Of a DNA stretch of 64,000 bases, positions 1 through 12,000 are shown piece by piece. Origin of the DNA: Candidatus Chisholmbacteria bacterium (lineage in GTDB: Bacteria > Patescibacteriota > Microgenomatia > UBA1400 > Chisholmbacteraceae). Position 1 is the first letter of the stretch. Each line of letters begins with the position of its first letter. The DNA lies in NCBI GenBank assembly GCA_963704905.1, contig CAVPHZ010000001.1, positions 579,438-643,437 on the forward strand. The letters are read 5' to 3'. The position numbers and the translations under genes are program-made. The notes below the pieces were generated by a model that worked only from the letters and a program-made list of their open reading frames with translations, made no database searches and was not told the origin of the DNA.

Positions 1-1
1 T

Positions 2-3000
2 CTCGATAGGGCATCGGCCGGGGTGTTGAATATCGCTGATGCGACTGCGACTTCGGTATCCATTGGTTCAGGTGGAATGGATTCAGTAACAATCACCACC
101 AATAGCACTGGCGATAGTGAAGTTGTACTTCCAAATGATTCTATTGGGACGAGTGAGATTCTTGATAATGCAGTTACCACTACTGATCTTGCGGCAACAT
201 TAACCTTTGCTGATGGGGATTTTGTAGACCTTGGCTCTATTACTAATAGTGCTGCGACCAATGAAGGACTTCGACTTCCTCAAGGGTCAGGGGCATTTGG
301 GAATCCCTCGAGCGGAGAAGGGTACCTTGCCTATCGGGCCGATTCCAATGCGCTTCAGTACTATGACGGTGCGGCTTGGGTATCGCTGGCTTCCGGAGAT
401 GCTTCGAGCAAGTGGACCGATACCGGGCAAATTACCTATCTAACCGAAGCGACAGATGACTTGGTTGTAGGAAGTGATGGAGGAGATTTAATTGCACCGT
501 TTTCGATTGATACATCCGCGAATACGGTTCGAATCGGTGATGGTGGTGGGACAACGGATGGGACGCTGAATATCTATGCTAATGATGGAGATCAGGGAAC
601 CCTCACGATGAACACCAGTGATCAGCTCAATCTCCAGGGAGCTGATTTAGTGGTTGATCAAGCACTCGATGTTGATGGTCAAGTGGATCTAGGAGATGGG
701 GGGGATGCTATCACTCTAAACGGTACAGCGCTAACGTTTACTGCTAATAGTGCTGGAAATGATATTGACTTCACGATTGTCGATAACAATACGAATTCGT
801 TTAACATTCAGCAGGGTGCTAATACATATTTCGACGTTAACACTACGGATGGCTTTGAGGAGATCACATTCGGAAATGGAACAACCAACCCTGACTTCAC
901 CTTTTCCGGGACCGGGATTCTCAATTGTACCGACTGTATAAATTTCGATGACATGGCAAACAACATGACTCTTGATGAATCTACAACGGTTAACTTGGAT
1001 GCGAATAACTACATCATCAACTTAAATGCGACGGGAGAATTTTTAGTTCAAGATGGGGGAAGTACGGTGTTTCAAATCGAAGATGCCGATGGAATCTCGA
1101 CGTTTAATGATGATCTTGATCTGAATTTGGCGTCAACCGAAAACTTAACGATTACTAATTCCTCGATGACTTCGGCTGATCTTGTTTCGATAGCGGCAAC
1201 GATCACCGATAACAACAACGCTGATGCAATGCAGATCACGATTACTGATAACACCTTCAGCTCTGGGACAGCGCGAGGGCTGGTGATTGAGACTGGGAAT
1301 GGGAGTGCGAGCATTGACTCAGCACTGGCGATCAACCACACCGATACCGGTCAGGCGATGACAGCTGGGATTGAGATTACTGGCGATGCTTCTACGGTGA
1401 TTACCACGGCACTTGATGTTGATGATCCTGAGATTGTTACTGCATTGAGTGCGGGTGCTAACGACTTGAGTGGCACGAATTGGAGCATTACCGGAGCAAG
1501 TGGGAATATGACCTTGGCTGGAACATTAGCAGTGAATGGAGACCAAATAACGGCTGATGGAGGGACGCTCACCATAAACGCAGGAGGAACGGTTGACATT
1601 CAAGATGCGGTGATTGCGGATAGTTTATCTACTGATACGGGTGGGGTAAGTATTGCGGCTGGGCAAAGCTACACAGGCGCTGGAGCGGTGACGCTGTCTT
1701 CCGGAGGTGCTGGAGGTCTATCGGTGAATTCAGCAAGTGGATTAGTTACCTTCTCAACGGATGATGATCTTATTCCAACCCTTGGGGCTGGCGATGCTGA
1801 TATCGGTGCATCTGGGACGCGTTGGGATAATATCTTTGCTACTGCAGGTGATTTTTCCGGAACAGTCACTGCAGTTGATTTTGCCTGTACTGACTGCTTG
1901 GATTTTGATGAGTTTGCCAACACCATGACGGTGGATGAAACTACTGAAATTTCATTGGGTGGAAATAACTTTACTTATAATCTCAATGGTCTTGGTGAGT
2001 TTGCCATCCAAGATGGTGGTTCGGATGTCTTCCGCATCGAAGATGTCAACGGCATTACTACGATTAGTGATGATGTTGATTTAACACTGTCTGGAACCGA
2101 GAACTTGGCAATTACCTCAAATTTGGGAGGGTCTGTCGATGTTGCCAGTCTGGTTCTTACCCCTTCGGCTTCACCTGGGACTACCAGGGGTATTTATATC
2201 CAGCAGGCAAACTCATCCAACACTAATGGATTGGATACTGCTTTTCTTATCGACAATGCTGATACCAATTTAGCAGTTGGGACTGCAATTCAAATATCTA
2301 ATACTGGAGGTGGAGGGTATACAACTATTTTGGATACTCCGGCGGTGGATATTAGCGGAAGTGGGGAAATCACCGTGCCCGCCGGGACAGGTCTGGATAC
2401 AAATGGGGCTGGAGGACTTGAGCTGGGGGTTACGAATGCGACAGCCATCACCATGGGATCTAGCGGAATGACCACAGCTGTTGACGGTGGAATGACTGTT
2501 GAGGAAACATTCACGGCAAATGGGCAGGCTGTTATTGGAGATGGTGGCGATTCGATTGTCCTTTCGGGTTCGACGATTACTCTAACTGCAAATGGGGCTG
2601 GGAATGATATCACGACTAATCTAGTTGATAACAATGCTGATGCGCTAGACATCCAACAAGGGACGAATAACTACCTCAATATAACTACTCAAGATACTAT
2701 TGAAGCGATCAATTTTGGTAATGCCTCAACAAACCCAGACTATAGTTTCTTAGGATCTGGCCAGACAACCTTTAACGGAAACGTTGATACTACCAGTGGT
2801 CTTGATGTCACGGGAGCGGATCTTACTGTTGGTGGAGCAAACTTCTCAGTCGCTCAGGCAAGCGGCAACATTACAACAGCAGGAACCTTAGCGGTGAATG
2901 GTGACCAGATCACGGCAGATGGGGCTACTTTGGTTATCAATGCGGCTGGAGCGGTTGATGTTCAAGACAACCTTACAGCGGATAGCATGACCACCGATAC

Positions 3001-6000
3001 AGGAGGAGTGACGATTGCGGCAGCGCAGAGCTACACTGGAGTCGGAGCGGTGACCTTGTCTTCAGGCGGGGCGGCAGGTTTGACACTGGATAGCGCGAGC
3101 GGCTCAGTTACTTTATCTACAGATGATGATCTTCTGCCAACGCTCGGAGCCGGAAATGCGGACATCGGATCTTCTGGAGCTCGATGGGATACAATCTATG
3201 GGACTGCTGGGGATTATTCTGGGACAGTGACAGCTAATGACTTTGCCTGCACAGACTGCTTAGACTTTACGGAATTTTCCAATACTTTGACGCTTGATGA
3301 AGCAACCACGCTTACGTTTGACACAAATAATTTCACATTCAACTTGAATTCGACCGGTGAGTTTGCCATCCAAGACGGCGGATCGGATGTGTTCCGAATT
3401 GAAGATGCGGATGGAATTTCTACGTTTTCCGATGATGTCGACTTCACACTGACCAATACTGAGAATGTGGCGATCTCTTCAACTCTCAACAGCGATGTGG
3501 GCGTTGTTCCACTACAAGTGACGTTAACTGACAATGCCAATACTTCCGGAGGTACACTCTATGCCATGCAAGTGACTAATGCGGATAACGGTGGTGGTTT
3601 GGGAGTTCCTGATGCTTTGGTCCGCTTCAACAATGCGAATGCCAATGAGACTGTACCAGATGGACTGATCATTGAGCAAAGTGCTGGTGGAACGATGACT
3701 AACGCGTTGCGGATTCTTGAATCGGCTGGAACGATCACGAATGGAATCGTATTAGGTTCAAGTTTTGCGGTAGGCATGGATGCAGGGGGTAATACTATCG
3801 AAAATATTGGTGACACCGGAACGGACTTTACCTCAGGAGGAGGATTAAATTTAGCTGGGACCTTTGATGCAAATGGACAGGTGGATCTAGGTGATGGGGG
3901 CGATGCGGTCACCGTCTCTGGAACAGTGCTGACCTTTTCAGCGAATGGTGTGAATAATGATGTTACTTTCAACATTGTTGACAATAACACCGACTCGTTT
4001 GACTTGCAGCAGGGAACTGATAATTACCTCAACATCAACACGACGAATGGATCTGAGCAGGTTACTCTTGGTAATTCACTTACCAATGCTTCGGTTAGGG
4101 TTGATATCGGCTCGAGTGGAAACTTGACTTTGCCAGATTTTACCACCTGTACAGCGCTTGAAACAGATGGGTCAGGGAATGTGGTGTGCGGAGCGGATGA
4201 CGGGGCGGTTGATCTGCAAGGAGCATATGATGGCGGAAATTCGATTGAGACGGCGGTTGCCACCCCAGTCATCATTACCGAAACAACGGCAGCTGCAAAT
4301 AGTCAAGATTTACTTCAACTAACCGTCAATCCAGCTACTACGGGAACATTTACCGGTGATGCGATGCAGATCACCATGGATGCGGCTGATGCTAATGCCA
4401 TGACAGGACATGGATTGCATGTGATCATCGATCAGTCTCAAGTGCTGAATGGTAATCCAATCTATGTTGAGAGCGATGCAGCTTCTGCCTTATTTACGGT
4501 TGATGAGAATGGCGCAGTAACCACCGCCGGTTATTTGGCGGTAAATGGTGATCAGATAACAGCCGATGGCGCAACACTGACCATCAATGCTGCCGGAGCG
4601 GTTGATATTCAAGACAATGTGACTGTTGATCAATTAACCACCGACACCGGAGGAGTATCGATTCCAGACGGGCAGGCGTATGCTGGAGCAGGTGCGATCA
4701 CCTTGTCCTCCGGTGGTGCAGGTGGAATTACTGTCAATTCTGCTGATGGGGCGGTAACTTTTGCTGCAGATGATGATTTGATTCCAACCCTGGGAGCTGG
4801 AGATGCTGATGTAGGAGCGAGCGGTACGCGATGGGATAACATATATGCGGTGGCCGGAAGTTATTCTGGGACTGTAACAGCCACTGATTTTGCTTGTACA
4901 GATTGTCTCAATTTCACGGAGTTTGCTGATAACATGACACTTGATAACGCGACGACGATTGCGCTTTCGAGCAATGATTTTGTGATCAACTTGGATTCGA
5001 CGGGAGAGTTTGCTATCCAGGATGGTGGGACGGATGTATTCAGAGTAGATGATGTTAATGGTGTCAGCACATTTTCCGATGACCTTGATGTCAGTTTGGC
5101 TGGAACTGAAAACCTAACAGTTAGCAATACTGCTATGACAACTGCTGACCTGCTTAGTGTCTCTGGTACTGTGAGTGATGCAAACAGCAGTGATATTGTA
5201 CAAATAACAATTACTGATAACACTTCCACCTCAGGCAATGCACGAGGATTAGTGGTTGAGACAGGGAATGGGGCAGCTAGTGTTGATGCGGCAATAGCAA
5301 TTAATCATACCGACACCGGGCAAGCGATGACTCGGGGATTGCAAATTACCGGTGACGCTTCTACAGCAATTACTACGGCGATCGATGTTTCTGATCCTGA
5401 AATTGTAACGGCATTGAGTGTTGGTGCTAACGACATAAACGGAAGCAACTGGTCTTTGACTGGGGCTGGAACTATGACACTTGAGGGAACGTTGGCAGTC
5501 AATGGAGATCTGATCAGTGCAGATGGAGCTACTTTGACAATTAACGCTGCTGGAACGGTGGATATTCAAGATGATCTAAACTCTGATTCCGTGACGACAG
5601 ATACTGGAGGAGTAACGATTGCAGCAGGTCAAAGTTACACTGGAGCTGGGGCGGTAACTCTGTCTTCTGGAGGGGCTGCTGGTTTGACGATTGATTCAGC
5701 TTCAGGGACGATTGCTCTAGCCAGCAATGATGACCTAACGGCTACTGGAGATGTGACATTGACTCAAGCAGATACGGAAAATCTGGATATTGTTTCAACA
5801 CTGGCTTCGGATGTTTCGGTGACACCGTTGGCCATATCACTTACTGATAATGCTTCCGCTTCGACAGGAGATGTGTATGGATTTTCGATTACCAATGCTG
5901 ATAACGGAGCGAATGTGGGAGTACCAGATGCATTTATCAGGCTCAATAATGCTAATGCCAATGAAACAGTTGCCGACGGCATTGTTATCGAGCAGTCAGG

Positions 6001-9000
6001 AGGTGGCACTCTAACCAATGCTTTGCGAATCTTTGAATCGGCTGGCACCATTACTAATGGAATAGTGCTCGGATCAACTTTCTCTACCGGTATTGATGCT
6101 GGGAACAACACGATTGAAAATATTGGGGTTGCTGGAACTGACTTTACCTCGTCTGGTGGGTTGAATTTAGCGGGTGCTTTGGACGCAAATGCGCAAGTAG
6201 ATCTGGGAGATGGTGGTGATTCAATTACCCTTTCCGGCACAACAGTGACAATGACTGCAAATGGGGCTGGGAATGATATCAGCCTCAATATGGTTGATAA
6301 CAACAGTGATGCGTTTGATCTTCAGCAAGGGACGAATAATTATTTGAATATCGATACCACTGATGGGGCTGAGACGGTCACGATTGGAAACAGCGGAGTA
6401 GTAAACCTCTCAGTGGTAATTGATGCTGGAGGCAGCGGCAATGTGAGAATTCCTGACTTCACTTCTTGTACTGCGATCGAAACAGATGGGTCTGGGAATT
6501 TGCTTTGCGGTACTGATCAGGGAGGAAGTCTGCAGGAAGCGTATAACGGAGGGAATTCGATTGAGACTGCTTTAGGTACTCCAGTACTCATTACTGAAAC
6601 CACAGCGGTAGTCAACACTCAAGATCTTTTGCAACTTACAGTTAACCCGGCGAGTGGAGGACAATTCCAGGGAGATGCGTTGCAGATTACCATGGATGCT
6701 GCCGATGGAAACGGGATGACAGGGGATGGGTTGAAGATCATTGTTGATGCGTCACAATCTACAGGTGATCCGATTGTGGTAGAAGATGATGGCTCCTCAC
6801 CGCTGTTTACGGTTGGCGAAACTGGAGCAGTGACCATGGCAGGAGCTTTGGCTGTCAACGGAGACTCGATTACTGCAGATGGAGCAACATTGACCATTAA
6901 TGCTGGAGGAGCTGTTGACGTGCAGGATAATTTGACTGCTGATTCCCTCATTACTGATACAGGTGGAGTGACGATTGCAGGTGGTCAAAGTTACACCGGT
7001 GCTGGTGCAGTAACTCTTTCATCTGGAGGTGGGGTTGGACTATTTATCGACTCTGCGAACGGAACCATCACTTTCGAAACAGACGATGATCTGATCCCTA
7101 CTTTGGGTGGTGGCACAGCTGATATCGGTTCGGGTGGTGCGCGGTGGGATAATCTCTACGTTTCAACCGGAGATTTCTCAGGTAATGTGACGGCAGCTGA
7201 TTTTATCTGCACCGATTGTTTGGACTTTACCGAGTTTTCTAATTCCATGAGTGTAGACGAGGCAACAACTATTGGACTGGGGAACTTTAACTTAACTTAC
7301 AACCTCGATGGTTCAGGAGAGTTCGCCATCCAGGATGGAGGAACAGATGTCTTCCGGATTGAAGATGCAAATGGTATCACCACTATCAGTGATGATGTTG
7401 ACTTGACTTTGGCTGGAAGTGAGAACTTAAACATTTCCAATATCACCATGACAACTGATGATTTGGTATCCGTTTCTGGAACTATCCAAGATACGAATAC
7501 GTCCGATGTCATGACTATTAATGTTACAGATAACACTTCGACCAGCGGTAGTGCAAGGGGATTGGTAATTGAAACTGGAAATGGTACAGCCAACCTTGAT
7601 TCAGCTTTGGCGATTGTTCATACCGATTCGGGTCAAGCCATGACTACGGGGATATCGATTTCAGGAAATCCTTCGACCGCGATTACCACAGCTATAGATG
7701 TATCAGACCCTGAGATTGTGACAGCGCTATCAGCGGGAGGGAATGATTTGTCTGGAACGAATTGGAGCATTACTGGAGTGAGCGGTGCCATGACGTTAGG
7801 TGGTACTCTGGCTGTAAACGGTGATGCGATTACTGCCGATGGTGCAACCTTGACCATCAATGCTGCTGGAGCGGTTGATATTCAAGATGCGGTTACCGTT
7901 GACTCGCTGACCGCTGACTCTGGTGGTGTAAGTATTGCAGCGGGTCAGAGCTACACTGGTAGCGGGGCAATCACTCTGTCATCTGCAGGAGCTGGAGATA
8001 TTACTATCAGTTCAGCTGGAGGTAATGTCACTTTTGGTACTGACAATGATCTTATTCCAACTCTGGGAGCAGCGAATGCTGATATCGGTTCGGTTGGGAG
8101 TCCTTGGGATAATTTGTACGTCGGAGCCGGTGTGTTTTCGGGAACTGTATCTGCAGGTGATTTTTCCTGTACCGACTGTTTAGACTTTACCGAGTTTTCT
8201 AACTCAATGAGTGTCGACGATCCAACCACGATCAGTTTAGGAAGCAATAACCTCACTTATAATTTGAATTCAACAGGAGAATTTGCCATTCAAGATGGTG
8301 GGCTGGATGTGCTGCGGATTGAGGATGCAAGTGGGATTACAACCATCAGCGATGATGTTGACCTAACCTTTGTCGACAGTGAGAATTTGGCTATTACCTC
8401 GGCGGTCTCGAGTGATGTAAGTACGTCGGTGATTGGCATTACGCTGACAGATAATGCGGCGGCTTCGACTGGCAGTTTATACGGAGTGTCGATTACCAAT
8501 GCAGACAACGGTGGGAATGTGGGTGTTCCGGATGCCCTGTTGCAGCTGGTCAACGCCAATGGCAATGAGACGGTTGCGGATGGAATTCTGATCCAACAGA
8601 CAGGGGGAGGAACGCTTACTAATGCACTACGGATAAGTGAAACTGCTGGGGCGATCACCAATGGAATTGTATTGGGCTCTGCGTTTTCTGTTGGTATTGA
8701 TGCGGGAAGCAATACGATTGAGAACATCGGGGATACCGGGACAGATTTCACTTCTTCCGGAGGTTTGACACTAGCCGGAACGCTGGACGCCAATGGTCAG
8801 GTTGATTTGGGAGATGGAGGAGATGCGATCACCATCTCCGGAACTGCAATCACCACTACGGCAAGTAGCGGGGATGTTATCTTCAATCTTGTCGATGCCA
8901 ACCCAGATGCCTTTGATGTGCAGCAGGGGACTGATAATTATTTCAACATTGATACGAGTAATAATAGTGAAGATATTACCATTGGTAATTCATTGGCGAA

Positions 9001-12000
9001 TCTGACGGTTACAGTTGATATAGGAGCGAGTGGGAATTTTATTCTCCCAGACTTTACCTCTTGTACGGCGATAGAAACTGACGGCTCCGGAAATTTGGTT
9101 TGCGGAACGGATGATGGAGCAACAAGTCTACAGACTGCATATAATGGAGGGAATTCGATCGAGACGGCAATTGGGTCTCCGGTTTTGATCACAGAAACAA
9201 CCTCGGCTGCAAATACTCAAGATCTTTTACAATTGACGGTTAACCCCGGCGCAGGCGGATCTTTCTCCGGTGATGGGCTGCAAATTACCATGGATGCAGC
9301 GGATGCCAGCGGGATGAGCGGTCACGGTTTGCACGTCATCGTCGATACCTCTCAATCTTCAGGATTTCCAATTTTGGTGGAAGACGATGGATCTGCTGAC
9401 CTACTCTCTCTAGATGAAAATGGAAATGCGATTCTTTCAGGAACGCTGGCAGTCAATGGGGATTCAATAACAGCTGATGGAGCAACACTGACAATCAACG
9501 CAGCAGGGGCGGTTGACATCCAAGATGATACGACCGTTGATTCGCTGACTGTTGATACCGGAGGCGTTTCGATTGCTGCCGGGCAGAGCTATACCGGTGC
9601 TGGGGCTGTTACTTTTTCATCAGGAGCTGGAACGGGGCTGACTGTCGATAGCGGAAATGGAGTGATTACCATTCAGACTGATGACGATATTCTGCCAACT
9701 CTTGGGGCAGGAGACGCGAATTTTGGTTCAGCAGGTGCCCGATGGGATAACATCTATGGCACGGTTGGAGACTTTGCCGGGGCAGTCACCGTGGCGGGGT
9801 CTTTGGCTGCGAATGGTGGGATTACTTTTAATCAGGCAACAGATACGGTTGGGGCACATACGGCGGCTGGAACCTACAACATGAACACCAACTTGATTGA
9901 GAACATTGGGGATACAGGTACTGACTTTGTTGCAGGCGGAGGATTGAATTTAGCTGGTGCTTTGGATGTTGATGGGGCAGCGACGATTGGAGACGGTGGA
10001 GATGCGATCACGCTTTCTGGAACTACGGTTACGCTAACTGCAAATGCAGCTGGCAATGATATTACTGCTAATTTGGTTGATAACAATACAGATGCGTTGG
10101 ATATCCAGCAAGGAACTAACAATTACCTGAATATTAACACGCAAGACAGCAGTGAGGCGATGAGTTTTGGCAATGCGAGTACTAATCCAGACTTTAGTTT
10201 TCTGGGGAGTGGAACGACGAACTTTGTGGGGAATGTTGATGCTCAGGCGGGTTTGGATGTTACGGGTGGTAATTTAACTGTCGGTGGTGGGAATTTCTCG
10301 GTGGCGGTTGGATCTGGGAGTATTACCACGGCTGGGACTTTGGCTGTCAATGGTGACTCAATCACTGCGGATGGGGCAACCTTGACGATTAATGCCGCAG
10401 GGGCGGTCGATATCCAAGACAATGTTACCGTTGATCAGCTGACCACCGATACCGGTGGAGTTTCGATTGCAGCAGGGCAAAGTTATACAGGGGCTGGGGC
10501 GGTGACGCTTTCATCTGGTGGTGCTACTACTTTGACTATAGACTCTGCTGATGGATCGGTTACCTTTGCAACCGATGATGATTTGATCCCAACACTGGGG
10601 GCTGGGAATGCTGACCTTGGTGCTAGCGGGACAAGATGGGACAACTTATATGTAGCGGCAGGTGACTTTTCCGGGACTGTGACGGCAGGTGACTTTTCCT
10701 GTACAGATTGTCTGGACTTTACAGAGTTTGCTGATGGTATGACGCTTGATAATACAACAAGCATAGCTTTGGGCGCCAATGACTTTACGATTAATGTGAA
10801 TTCTACCGGAGAGTTTGCCATTCAGGATGGGGGAGTAGATGTTTTCCGAGTTGAGGATGTAAATGGCATCTCGACGTTTTCAGATGATGTCGATTTTGCC
10901 ATGACAGATTCTGAAAATGTTTCAGTTGCATCAACACTAGCCAGTGATGTTTCGGTAACGGCTCTTGATGTGACAATAACAGACAATGCTGGAGCAAGCG
11001 GTGGATCGGTGTATGGTTTGCAGGTAACAAATGCGGATAATGCAGGAGCGGTGGGCGTTCCAGATGCGATTGTGCGTTTCAACAACGCCAATGCTGCAGA
11101 TACTATTACTGATGCTTTGGTGATTGAGCAATCCGGGGGCGGTACACTCACCAATGCTCTGCGGATTGTTGAATCGGCCGGAACCATTACGAATGGAATC
11201 GTTCTTTCCTCAGCTTTTGGAGTCGGTCTTGATGCAGGCAACAATACTATTGAAAACATCGGAGTGGCGGGTACTGATTTTACCTCTGGAGGTGGATTGA
11301 CGCTGGCCGGAACGCTGACTGCCAATTCAACGCTGGATGCCAACGGCCAGGTTGACTTGGGAGATGGAGGAGACTCAGTGAATATCAACGGAACGACGGT
11401 GGGCATTAATGCTACCGGGGCTGGGAATGATATTTCCATGGGATTGGTTGATAACAACACTGATGCGCTTGATATTCAACAAGGGACTGACAACTACATC
11501 AACCTGAATACTACTAATAATTCCGAGAACATCACTCTAGGCAACTCTACTCTGGCAAACATGAGTGTGACTATTGATATCGGTGCTTCTGGGACTGTTA
11601 CTCTGTCTGACTTTACCAGTTGTACGGCTTTGGAGACTAACGTGAGTGGGAACTTAGTTTGTGGAAGTGATGATGGAGGAAGTCTGCAAAGTGCGTATAA
11701 CGGCGGTAACTCGATTGAAACTGCGCTTGGATCTCAGGTGTTGATCACTGAAACGACCGCTGTCGGAAATACTCAAGATCTTCTGCAATTGACAGTAAAC
11801 CCAGCGACAACCGGAACGTTCTCTGGGGATGCTTTGCAAATCACCATGGATGCGGTTGATGCCAGTGCGATGACTGGACACGGAATCCATATGATTCTCG
11901 ATGTATCGCAATCAACTGGGGATATTATTTTAGCTGAGGAGGATGGTGGTCCAGATATTTTCCGCGTTCAGGAGGATGGTAGTATTACGACAACTGGAAC